A DNA stretch of 64,000 nucleotides from Klebsormidium nitens. Taxonomy: Eukaryota > Plantae > Klebsormidiophyceae. The stretch covers positions 186,001-250,000 of the forward strand of contig DF236963.1 of assembly GCA_000708835.1 (NCBI GenBank), read 5' to 3'. The notes beneath the pieces were generated by a model. It saw only the letters and a program-made list of their open reading frames with translations, did not search any database and was not told the origin of the DNA. Position numbers and translations under genes: made by a program. Positions 50,041 through 62,500 of the stretch are shown in pieces (position 1 is the first letter of the stretch; each line of letters begins with the position of its first letter).

Positions 50041-50370
50041 AACCTAATAACGGATTAGGAAACTCTTGTCGAAGTGTACACTGATACGGGACAGCGCCTA
50101 GCGCGGCTCGAATCCTAATCGCCATGCCCCAGCCTCACTGGTCTGTCAATCATCTGGATGTCGACTAGAGCTAGCTTTTCATTGTTCCAACCTGTCCGCA
50201 ATCTCGACGCGGCAGGCAGGCGGGACCGAGTAACGTGCCCCGAGTGCATGACACTATGTGCCGTTTGCAAGGCCTAAAACTTAGGGTACGCCACCACGTG
50301 ACGTATGCATTTTCGTCCTCTTGCTCGGTCTTTTCGACTGCTTCGCGGCATGGATGCAACTTGCTATGAC

Positions 50371-52608
50371 CTAAGAAACCACCTGAGGCGCATTCGGGTT
50401 GTTCTTTTGCAACCAGTGAGCAAGCCAAACCTAGGAACGGAGACGGACAACAGGTTAAAGAACGCCAGACACCATCAGAAAGTAGCCAGAGTAGACGGAA
50501 AGAAGACCGTGCGCAGCTCAAATCTGAGCGCTAAGTGTGAAAGTAGGTACATGCATTTCGCGTTTCCATCCACGGTCGTCGTACTCGCCGCATAGATTGT
50601 CAGCAACGGGAGCCATCAGAGGACTAACTGAAACCAATGGAGCCAACCGTCGTACCTCAAGCGTTTCATCATCTCAGAGCAGAATTGCAGGCGCACGTCA
50701 AATCTGTTCTAGAGATCATTGGCGCATGCCACGTGGCAAGCTTCACGCACGAGAGAAGGGCGCTTACGATGGCTTCGTTCGGGTCGGAGCTCGGCTTCTC
50801 CTTTGCTAAGGCCGTCAAGGCCTTGGTCAAGATCGGCTGCAGATTCTTCTGGATGTACTCTGTAGCCGAGGCGCTATCCGGAACGGGATCGAGAACAACT
50901 GCAGAGAAGAAAGCAGATTCCCAAAATGTATTGCGGTTTTGTTCGAACTAATCAAGATTTGCATCTGCTGAGCCGGCGGAACCGGCCTTGTCGGCCAGCA
51001 GCGTCTCAAAACTGAAAAGACGTTTGGTGATTGTGCGCGGAACCCAGTCTCCTTGAACGAGTTGAAACTCATCACTCGAGTTCCTTCGATTCTGCTTCAA
51101 TGCGAACGGGTGCCACTACCGCAATCATCTACTGATTCCGCTTTGATTGTCCGAAAGACGGCTGTTGTCCAGAAATTTACTTTGCTCTCTGTACAATGGG
51201 CTGAGCTCACGTCTTTCAAGATCTCTAGGAACGGTCCTGAGACCAGATGCATCGGAGTCAGAAAGGCCGTAGACGCTTTCAGGAGTTCTAAGAAGCGAAA
51301 GGCCTTAGCGAATTAAATCTGGGCTGACATGCAGAACAAATCCCTTCAAATTATCAATGCTCTTGTGCAGCAGAACTCGAAGCGCTTACGGTTTGGGAAG
51401 AAGAATCGTATCTCCCTCTGGGCGCTGGAAGGCGAGTCGCTTCCATGGACAGCATTCCTCTGACCGTCTGTTCCATAAAGAGCGCGGACGCTCTCCGGAG
51501 CCTCTTCTCTTGCTCTGTTTGAGTTAGTTGGGCCCGCAAGCGTCCTCCACTCCCGGATTGCATTTACCTTTGCAAGTACGAGTGCCACAACTGGTCCGCT
51601 GGAGAGCAGGCAGACCGACGGTTTGTCAGCAGTCTGTACTGGGATCTGCCGAGGCAATCTAGCTGCCTTGCTTGTAACAAGGAAAACGGTAGCCCAGATA
51701 CAAGGACCGAGTAAGACCGTAAGGAGGATGCAAAAGGTACAAGCAGGACCGTCGAGACTGATGAAAGTCATAGCATTGGGGTATGTGAGTATGCCGACCT
51801 GGTGCACGGATTGGCATGTAGGATTGCACGGGCAGAAGCGGCCTTAGGAGCTCGTTTTGATGCCCTGGATGGCATCGGAAAGGTTCTACGTATCTGGCCG
51901 CTTACTTTTTCTTAGTTCTGCAGCTCCTGTCCCTTTTAGGCAAAGCTGAGTAGAGGAAAGTACAACGGGTCTGGTCTCCACATGCAACAACTTGAGCAGC
52001 TATTCCTTAAATCTTACCTGCTCATGAAGGTCACAAGACCTTCAAAGAAGGGCTTTCCGGCGTGCTCTGCATAGAATTCTTCTGCCATCTCCCTTGTCAG
52101 CTGTATATGGCAAGGGACAAATTCAGTGCTCTCTCCAATCATGAAAAAGAAACAGTGAGGATCAGGACTGCACTTGATCCTAGCTCTCAATATACAAAGT
52201 TAACAGCCATTCCCGAATGATTATGAACAGTGTGATTTCGAAGGATAGAGTGAGTATCTAGCACTCTGGCAATCCAGCTAAAGAAATAAGGGCTATGGCT
52301 GCTTCAGTCGAGCTGGCATGTGACATTATGATTGGATTGGAAATCTGCTACATGCATTGTTGACAAGCTTCAGAACACGGCCTTTGGGCCAAACGCGGGG
52401 TTGAGCTCCTCTTGAATGAAGCTTCCAGTTACCAACTTGGAAGAAGCTGGATTAGGCAAGGACACAGACCAACCTGGAGCTTTGCCTGCTGCACAATTGT
52501 GAAACCATTCACTTCGATTTGCTGCATGATCCGCTCTGCATTCCCAGCTCCAACGGCGTCTGGCTTTATCATGGCATAGGTTCTCTCTAAGCGCCCAGAT
52601 GCCTCCAT
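50371..52608 (-). CDS. NME5: Nucleoside diphosphate kinase 5 (NME5/RSP23, NDK + Dpy-30), flagellar radial spoke
   Basis: Exons 52608-52474, 52100-52018, 51598-51390, 50898-50768 and 50430-50371 give [29 protein letters not shown] and a Dpy-30-like tail [30 protein letters not shown]|[13 protein letters not shown]. Confidence 0.92.
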
Positions 52609-53094
52609 GGTGCAATCACTCCTTGACCCCCTGCTCTCCAGCTCCTAGAATCTTGGAGCTCTCTGGAGCGTGCAATTGGAAACAAGAACACTTCAAGGAG
52701 GTGCAAGCTCGGCAAGCTGAGCGATGCTGCAAACGTGACAGAAAAAGATGCAGTCTACTGTAATCTGTAAGCAATAGCATAGGCTCGGGGACTCTAAAAT
52801 CACTTGCCTACCTCAAAACACAGTCGTCAGTGTCGTCACGCTATCATTACAGATAGTACCTTATGCTTTTGAACAGTTCAACCAGAGTTCAACTTGAATC
52901 TTTAAAGCTGTGCCGGATCACAACTTGTCAGATCAAACTTGGATGGTTCAAGATGTTTGCCTGTGTTAACCGGTCTAGCTACAATCCGGCAGCGCGCGCA
53001 CATTCCCAATCGACCGCCAGTATTAGCATGGATGGACCCCGGAAAATCGATCTACGGTCTAGAGGCACCGCCAGATGAGTCCGAGACGATCAGC

Positions 53095-53320
53095 ACGATC
53101 CATGGCGAGTCGGCGCTGGCAGGTGATCCCGGTATAACACCGACACAACGTAGAGATACTCCTGATTGAAGATTCGCACGATATCACATACCGTAGCTCC
53201 CTAGCTGAGCAAAGTTGAAGCTCTACAGTGACAGTCGCTTGCATGGCTCACGAGCATGCGCAGTGACTCCTTACAGTGCACTCATGTATGTACGTGTGTC
53301 AGTGCGTATGTGTATTGATC
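53095..53320. other. Weaker CATG/RY-rich island downstream of SEC16
   Basis: 4 CATG plus alternating TATGTACGTGTGTCAGTGCGTATGTGTA. Confidence 0.4.
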
Positions 53321-53577
53321 AACCACCGCAATCCCGGAGCTTCATTGAGAGCCAGGATCAGCTCGCCATAAATGTGTGATTGTCCCATGTGGCAACGTCA
53401 AAGCTCGACGAGCTGCTAATGAAAAAGTGCACGAGTGGAATCACATGGTTGTACACTCGACTTGATGGAAGCAGAGTTATGCTTTTCGACCTTGCAACAA
53501 TTACTTGAGGTCCAAGTTGTACGACTCGATATGAACTGAACTTGGCAACTAAGAGTGGCTCATGCAATCCTGACCTG

Positions 53578-56500
53578 CTAAAGCTCCACGTCGGTCATTT
53601 CATCCACCTCATGCTCTCGCGCATGGCTTTCACCAGAAACATGCCCTGCTGTTACGCTTGCTGTGCCCAAACTATCAAAGAAACTACCTTCTTGACCGCT
53701 AGGGGTACCCCCGAGAACGTTTGGTGCCGTCGCGCCACCTGCTCCCCAAACTCCGGGCCCCGTTTGCAAGGAGCCCGCGCTTCCAATATCGGGCGGAGGA
53801 GGCATCCCGAAATTGCTAGAGGAGACGTCGGCTTGCACCGAAGCTCCTTGTGGAGGTGTCCAAAACTGCTGATTACCCTCGCCTCCCCCTGAGTAGCCCT
53901 CCCACCCTTGGCTGGTGCTCTCCCCCCCTCCGCCCAGTGCGAAGCTGTACCCCCCCGGAATGGAAGCAGGCCCACTATCATGACGCCCTGGTTCAGCGAA
54001 CTCCGAACCTGACTCCCCCGAGGCAGCGCTGCTGGAAACGGGAGGCCCCGGAATCATGAACGTCGGCGGCAAAGGCTGCGACGCAGAGCGCGCGTGCGCT
54101 TTCGGGGGGCCGCCGGCCCCCCCCGCCGAGTGAGAAACCCCCGGGGGCAACGGCGGATGCCCCGACGTTTCACTAGAGTGGCTGCGCCGGTGACCGTGGG
54201 GCAGTGGCGGCTTACTGCTCTCGGCGGGCTGGAAACCGTTCGGGGCAGGGGGTTCTCTGGACTGCGGCCCCAGGGGGGGGTCAGAGGGATTGGCGCTTGA
54301 GTTTGGCTGGTCAGGGGGGTCGGACTCGGATTCGGAGTCGGGGATGGTGCCGAGGGGGGCGGGGGGCGGCACGAAGAACTTCATTGGCGCAGGAACCTGG
54401 ACGCAGGAGGGAAGCAATTACGAAGAGTTCAATCCTCGGAGATGGACAAAGGACAAACCCAGATGTGTTGCCCAAATAAGGTTACGCAGCTCCAGGAGTT
54501 CCTGCGTCGCTTATCAGGACCGAAACGCTACGCGCTGCAAAGCCAAGACACACATACCCTGGCAAACGTTCATGAAGGAACCCTACCTGAGGAAGGGGGT
54601 TTGCAAATATTTGAACCATCGAGTTTGGCGAGCAGATACGGCAGACCAAAAGTACATTCTCAAAACTTCGACTTAACGCATATTGCATCGAGGACTTACC
54701 GGAGGCCTTGCCGCCGGAAGCGACAGCCCTTTGGCCGCTGATCCCGCCGCTGCCCCCCCTTTGTTGAACGTATCGACATACCGCGACCGCACACCCGTCC
54801 GCCCCCTTGCCGAGAAGTTCGGTACTGCTGGGGGGGGCGCCAAGCCCCCCGCTGCAAGCGGAGCTGTCCCCCCTTGAGACGCAGGCGGCTGCCCCGCCAC
54901 CCCTGGGGGCGGTTGCGAGCTTGCACCCGCCCCAGGAGGGGCTTTTGCGCTGTCCACAGAGCCAGCATTTGGCCCCCCCGAGCCGAAGGCAGTCGGGGGG
55001 GGGGGGAGGGGCGCTTCTTCCTCGGGCTCTGGTTCCCCCTCGAGAACCCACTTCTTCCTCTTCTCGTCGTAGTAAAACTTGTTCTTGTCGCCCAGCTTCG
55101 CCTGATTTCCGCTGCCCCCCCCCACGGGAACCACGCTGCTCAGGCTGTTCTTGAGCCCCCCCCAGATGCCGGACCCCGCCCGCAGGAACCCCCCACCCCA
55201 CGGGGCGTTTTTCCGCACGGGCGACGAGCCGCCGCCGACGCTCTTTGGGCCCGAGTCCTTGTCCCCCTCGGCCGCCGCCGAGGCCTTCCCGCTCTTGGCA
55301 AAGTCGGGCTCCGACGCGCTCCGGTGGGGGCTCTTCCGCCGATCGTCGTTGCCCCCGTCGCCCTTCTCCTCTTTTCGGGGGGTCGGGGGCTTGGAGACGC
55401 CGCTCTCGGCCGTGCTGGCGACAGCCTGGTTTTCGTACGACGAGATGAGGGGCGCGCCCTGGGCGGCCCACTGTCCCCCCGAAAAGGGATCGCCCCCTGG
55501 TTGGACCCCCCATTGCTGGGACTGGGTCTGACCGACGGGAGACGAGGGCCGGCTTCCAGAACTGACGGCAGGGCTCGGGTTCCACGACTGACTCTGCCCG
55601 GGGGTCGGCGGGCGGCTGCTAAGGGCACTCCCCCCCCTTTCCGCGTCCTCGATATTTACCCCCCCACCCGCCGCTGGACTCACCGACCACGCGCTTTGTC
55701 CATTGACGGGGGGCCGGCCGCTGTGCAGATTCTCCCCCCCTGGCGGAACCCCCGGTTGCCAGCTGGCGTTGCTTGCGGGAGTAACGCCCCACTGCTGCTG
55801 CGGCTGTTTGTTTTCGGGGGGGACGTAAAAGCCCTCGCCCTGCCCCCACGCCGGCGGCTGTTCGCTCTGGGGGGGCGCAAGTGCGGCCACGTTCTCCCCC
55901 CACTGCTGCGCAGGGTCCTGCACCTGCGCGGCCCACTGGTGCCCCACCAGAAACGCGCCACTTGTCGTGCCGGCCATTCCATTACCAGCGGCCGCAAAAC
56001 TGTTACCACTCCCAGAGGCCGAAAACGTGTAATTCCCAACCGGCCCGGCAACGTGTCCCACCCCCCAACTCGGAACGGGGGACGCGGCCGCCCCCTCTTC
56101 TTTCACCGCGGGCGACGTTGGCCGGGACCCCCCCGCCGGCATTCCCCCCATGATGCCCTTGATCCCCCAATCGACGGCCTTGAAGAGCCCGCTGAGAACT
56201 TTCGCGCTGCTAGTTGCGGCCCCGGAGCGGACGTGGTTCTGGAGGCGGTCCTCGAGAACGGTGGCGCCCTGGCGGATCGCCTCGACGTCGGGGCTGCGCC
56301 CGCCCGCGCGCAGGGTCTTGAGAACCAGCTGGCAGTACCTGACGGGGGAAAAAACAGAATCAGATCTAAAACGAGCTCGTTCCTTGTCTAGGTTCAAACG
56401 GCGAACCAAACAAGTTTTGTCCGCAACCAGCAACTAGTAATGAGAGGTCGAAATGTATTGCGCCCGCCTCCGCGTAGAACTTTGAGAACCAGCTGGCAGT

Positions 56501-59500
56501 ACCTACGGAAGGGAAAAAGAAACAAAAGAAAGAGCAGACCAACAGCCTGTTATCTCCGGGTCTCGTGTGGAAGCGTGGCCGCGTTACAGCAAGTAGGAAA
56601 TGGGGGAGGGATTGATCTGCATGGACCACAACCCGCAGGCAGGGTTTTGAGGCTGGCAGTTCCTGGCGGAAAGAAAGTAGGAGTCGGATCAAACGACTGA
56701 AAAAACCCTTTCGTTCGTGATCTCGTGGAAAGTGTCACAGGATGTCGCCCAGCAACTAGAAAGAGGTGAGAGATCGACTTCTGTGCGCGCACGGACACGA
56801 AGATCATTGCAAAGCAGCTGGCAGTACGTGCAGACGCAAAGCGTGTCGTAAACTGTTGACTTCTCCTCCTCCTATCCTGCATGTATCAAAGTGCTCGTTC
56901 GCATCTCAGCAACTGCATGCACGAAAGGATCAAGCCTGTGCGCTCCCCCGTATGCCGGTCATCAAGCACCCGTCGGCAGCGGACGGGGAGCCAAAGCGCA
57001 TATCTTATAGGCGAACGGCTCCAGGTCAGCTCCGTAAAAGTCAACCGAAGACGAGAAACATAAGAAGAGAGCAGGCGAGGGCTTCGAACATAAGCGAGGC
57101 AGCCCTTGGACGCGTCCCTCGCATGCAACAGCCCGAAACTACGGGACGCACCTGAGCGCCTCTGCGGTCTTGCCCGCCTCTGCCAGCATGGCAGCGTAGA
57201 GCAGCTTGTACGGCTGGAATGATGGCAGCACGAACTGCGGGTTGCCCAGCATCTTGGCGTGCTCGTACAGCTCCGTCCGCTGCAAAAGAAACGACGTTTT
57301 TCTGTGACTTTCCAGCACAACTGTAGAAGCAAAACTGGCCAGAAAAAGGTGTCTGGAGAGTAAGTTTTGAAGTTCTTTGTTGGCGTGCTCGTACAGCTCC
57401 GTCTGCTACAACAGAAAGGAAGTTTTTCTGCAACTTTCCAGCACGGCTGTAGAAACAAAATAGTCAGAAAAAGGGTGTTTGGGAAGATTCTTTTAAGCTT
57501 TTTGGCGTGCTCGTACAGCTCGGTCCGCTGCACGGGGGCAGCTTTTGGTGAGCGTTACTTGACTTTCCAAAAGTGCTGTAGAGCAAAATCACCGCAGGAT
57601 GTTAAGCGAAGGGCTTCACTCAAAAGCTTCCTTGAAGTGTCAACCAAGCTATGCTGTCTACAAACTTAACCGTGCAGCTTCCGACCTGTATCCCGTAAGT
57701 GTACAGTGGATTGCCTAGGGCATTCAAAGCTGCCCTGTCAAAACCTGCTTCATATCCTCCCCGATAAGACAAGTCGTACAGCATAAAACTGGTTTAGGGC
57801 CAGCAGAATTTCTGACACCGTGGACTTCTCAAATTGCGCACACTTAGACTAATCGTTGTGATCGTGATTGTCCTCGAGCGACTGCAATTGTCCTCGCCCC
57901 AACCAGGCACATACACGCGAGCCTCCGCAAGAAGTGACAAGCTATATTTCAACGTCCTCGAAATCCAACTTCAAAAGAGGTTTCACCCACCTGAATTGCC
58001 TCGGGCGTGGCAAACGTGCGCGGGTACTTGTACTGGTCCGCCCCAACCAGGCACACGCGCGACGTCCCCGAAAAGCCCTCCGGTTGCAGCTCCGCAACGA
58101 GGTAGCACATGTGCGCGGCCGCAACCTCGCCGCGAGTGCGCCACAGACTATCGCCCAAGTGGGTGATCACCTTGTCGTCGCCCGCAGCGCGGTTGGCCGC
58201 CAGGATCGCCAGGTTGTCCTGCCATTGGTCCAGCATGCTGCCAAGACCGTCGCCCTGACAAAGGAAGGAGATGAGGTTCAAATTTTGGAGTCGCAATCCT
58301 GTAGAATGCTGTGAAATTGGAGTCATGTATTGGCTGCCAGGATCGTGAGACTGTCCTGCCACTGATCCAGAATGCTGCCTGGACCGTTGCCCTGAGTTCG
58401 AAGAGTCAAGCTTCGAGGACACCTTTTGATAACCAAGGATGTGAGGTCAAAGTTCAGAAAAGGTTTGCGGCCAGAGTGGGGGGTTTTCCTCCCACCTATC
58501 CAGCATGCTGCCGAGACCGTCGCCCTAAATATCGACGAATGGAAACAAGTCAGCTTCGCAGTGCAATTTTTTCGGTTCAAATACAAAGGGGTCGTTTCTC
58601 AGAGTGTTGCTGAGACCCGCCGCTTGGTCCACACGCAAGTCTATAACTTCGTAATCTACAGACCAGAGAAATTACCCACCTCGCTCAGGCCGCCCGGCGC
58701 CAGCTGCGACGCCCGTCCCTACAAGCGGATGTCCATATGCTAGCATCTCACCACACCAAACAAGATCCTAAGGCCATTAAAGCCGAATGCTCTTAACAGC
58801 CGAGGTTGCAAGTTTGTCTCACCTGGTCAACTCCTGGCGCAGGCTGCGGCCCCCCCGCCATGGGCGAGTCCCCCTGCGCCGGCATCTTCTTCCCGGCAAA
58901 CACCTCGGCGGGCTGCTGCGCGAGCAGGAGGTGCAGCGTGCGCAGGGGGGTGCCGAGGCAGAACTGGCGCTGCGCCATCTCGCCCACCGTCTCGCAGAAG
59001 ACCTGCGAACGGACAGAAGAAGCATTGACGGACTGGTAAGTGGTGTCCTTGCTTGAGCGATGAACAAACAGCTGTTGCGATAAAGAAGTGTCCTCGACTG
59101 TAGTCTTCTAAAAGCAGTAAAATGCGAGCACACAGGTTATACGCAACAGCCGTTCGAGAGCAGAAGCGATTAATGAACCTGGATTTACGAAGAAGCACGA
59201 GCGGGCGCTTTGGATGTCGGCGCTTTTTTGTCACCTGACTCATAGGGAGAAGGAGAAAGCGAGGGCCATGAAAACTAAGTAACCATACAAGGTAAGCGAA
59301 AAGGACAAGATACGAGAGGGAGCTACCTGAAAATGGAGGAAACGGGGGTTGGGAGAACCAAAAGAAGCGGAAGAGGGGAGGAAATGGAGGCAAGTCCATT
59401 GAGCAGAGAGTCGTTCGTTACCTTGTCTCCAAGTTGTCGTGCCAGCACGAGAGCGGGCCCCCACAGCTGCCCCTGCTTGGCGCATGCGAGGGCCTCCTTG

Positions 59501-62500
59501 CGATTCCCCGCCACCAGAAGGCGCTGCATCTCAGTGGCGGTTCTCTGCAGCAATTGGTAAGAAAAACCGTGTTCAGTAAGGTTTTGCTGATCTCTTTGCA
59601 TGATGTCGCATGACGTCAGCCCAACAACGGTGACAGTGCGCGTAAGATAAGTTTCCGTGATTCCAAGACTAATTACCATAGCTTTGCTGAGATGGCTGTG
59701 AGTGATTGAGTTCGAATCGGCAGTTTTACCACGACCGTTGAGCAGACTGCTGCAATCGTATAAGCTTGTTACTACCGTTCCCAGTCTGCAGACCCCGGTC
59801 TGCAAATGAACGATCCAACGGCCCTGCTGAGCAAACCCTGCTCCGACGAGTGCGAATTGATCTGCAAATGGACTATAATTTACGACTTCAAGGTCTCAGA
59901 TCCGTTTCGGTATAAGGAGACGGCGATCCTGATTGACTGTTGTTTAGCCTAGCCTTCCCGTTTTCGCCTCCAGCTGTCATGCAAATGCTATCCAGTGACA
60001 TAGTCTCACCTTGAGGTCTTGCTCTAACGGCTGATGCTGCAGGGGGTCCGAGTCCGTGGTCTTTGCCACCCCCCAGGACGAGGCCGCAGTCGGCTGCTCG
60101 GGCGAACTCAGGAGAGCGGCCAAGGCGGCCTCAGGTCCCGCAGCACCCTGCAACCGAGAGTATATTACTCAGATCTTCTGACCGGACAATCTGCTGATTC
60201 TCTCGTGTGAATGGAACAGGCATGTCACTTAAGACGAACACGTAGAAGACGGGTGGGGTTGATTGGGCGGTTAGGGTGAAGCTGGGTGCGAAGGACGTAC
60301 TATTGGTTAGGGTGCAAGTTTAAGTGCTTGGCGAGCTCATATTCTCCGGTCACACGCCCTTTTGGTCGTATGGAAGTTAGCAGTCCGTTGAGGTGTTCAG
60401 ATACGAAGCAGGACGGAATTTGTGTTGGCGGACTTCGTCACTCCTCTCCCTTTGTTTCGGCAGACTGGCAAGACGATGTGACAGATCTACCAGCGCCCGC
60501 GCTGTTCAAAGGCAACGTCATCAGTCATCAGTTCGGGATTGCACGTCAACCCTTTCCATCGTATGAAACCCTTGCCCACATGTCCTTCTGTAACTCAACG
60601 TGCCCCGAATCTCAACGACCCAATCCATTCCGCGACTCTGAGTCTCAATCTCCTTCAAATCCCATCTCCATTTTCCTCAGAAAGGGTCGGTATCGTGTGC
60701 ACGTGCCACCATACTGTGCCGCCATTTGACGCATGAGCCAGGAAAGACGCCCCCACCGTTCCCAAGGGCGAATCGAAGAGATGACAAGGTTTATCCTGCC
60801 CTCCGGACTCACTGTCTCTTGGCCCCTATTCAGAGGATTAGGATTAAGGGTTGCCATGCTATCGACACCTAATGGAAATATGATTGGGGGGAAAGCTAGA
60901 CAACGGAACCATGAACAAGTGCACTTTGCCAAGCGCTGCACCGCCATGTTTGAGGCCACTTGTCTTTAACTGCATGCTTCTAGGGCAGAAAACGCAAAGC
61001 GCTTGTTTCAGGCGCACCTTTTCCTGACCCCCAGCGGAGGCCGCGACCGCGCGCAGCTTGCCATAGTGCTGCGCCGCCACTTTGAGCAAGCCGTAGAGCA
61101 GGCGCAGCGACTCCGGGTTGCCCTGATGGTCCGTTTCCTCCTCACGGCACCGCGCCATGCGCTCGTCCAGCCACTTGGCGAGGTCCTTGGCCGCGGTATG
61201 GCCCCCTGCAAGGTAAGAAGAACGGAAAGTTTAGGAACGGAACGAGAACGGAACGTGAGAAGAAAACGCGTCATCTGCTTGTGCACATTACGTGAGTTTG
61301 TCCGACCACTAACGGGGTCCTTGGCAGGCGTGCCGTCCCCTGCAAAGAAGGCAGAACGGAATGCGTAGGAATGGAAGGGAAACGGAACGGAAAGAGCGAA
61401 AGCGTGGTCTGCTTGTGCACTAGAATTGCCGTTCGTCCAGCCATTTGGTGAGGTCCTTGGTCGCTGTATGGCCCCCTGCATGAAACAAGTCCGGTAAGCG
61501 CGGCGAAGCGTATGAAGTTCGAATTGATGCTAGACTACCATGGTCTAGCGTACTCAAGGTGTAAGGCAAAGTAACGTTCATCCTTGATCCGGTGCTCACA
61601 GCTGCCAACCATCGTGTCTGAAGCTCACCCACAGTGCCGAACCTTGAGAGACAAGAAGCTTGTGCTCGTCAAGACTGGTTGTGGGCCCAATCCTTATCAT
61701 CTGCTTGGACACAAATATGGCCGCATAGAAGCCTTGAAGACCGAGCCGAACATTGACCGATACACGACTCACACGGGATTCTCCACTCTGACTCGTAGCT
61801 TCCCTAAGCTCGACGCCTTCATCCACACCAGAATCAGAATAGCAGGGCCACTGCGTGGGTTAAACCCCATCCGCTTGAAAGCAGGCCGACTTCTCTCACC
61901 CGCTAAGGGCCCCGCATACGCCCGCTTCCCGAGGGCGTCGAAGTAGATGGAACCGACGCCCTTCCCGCCATCCGCCGAATTGGACGCGACAACTTGGGAG
62001 AGCGGGTGGATCTGGAGCGATGACTGGACGGCGCCAAAGGAAGGGCCGGGTGGGGTCTGCAACAGGGAAATGAAGAGTCGTCAATTGATTTACCACAGAC
62101 AACGGGCAAAGGGCGTTAATGCAGGAGAGCGTTTGTCCTGTACATGCTGTGTTGGTGTTCTTTCTGCTGAACGCACATCAACCGGAAACGTGCAAGCTCG
62201 TTTCAATTTGCATACAGCGCTTCGCAAGTTGAGGAAAGGAATCCTTTCTGCCTTAACAAAGCGGAAGATGTTCTAGACATGAAGGTGAAGTAGCCCGTTC
62301 AACAGTCAGCGCTGGGGGAATCCAGACTCGCTCTCTTCAAAGGAAAAGTCAGCCTCAGATCCAAGAGAGGCCCTGAGGACTGAACCTAAAAGCCATCCTT
62401 CTCGAACCCATTGCCACCCTCCTCACCAAATTAACAAGGTTGCTCCGACTGTCTCTGTCCCGGACAATGTTGTACAGAAGTCGTGGTGGCAGGCTGAATG

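Noticed and set aside
57255-57600. Repeat-spacer-like pattern resembling a CRISPR array
   Set aside because: The spacers are homologous to each other, the context is a eukaryotic intron, the repeat is an exon fragment, and no cas genes are present.
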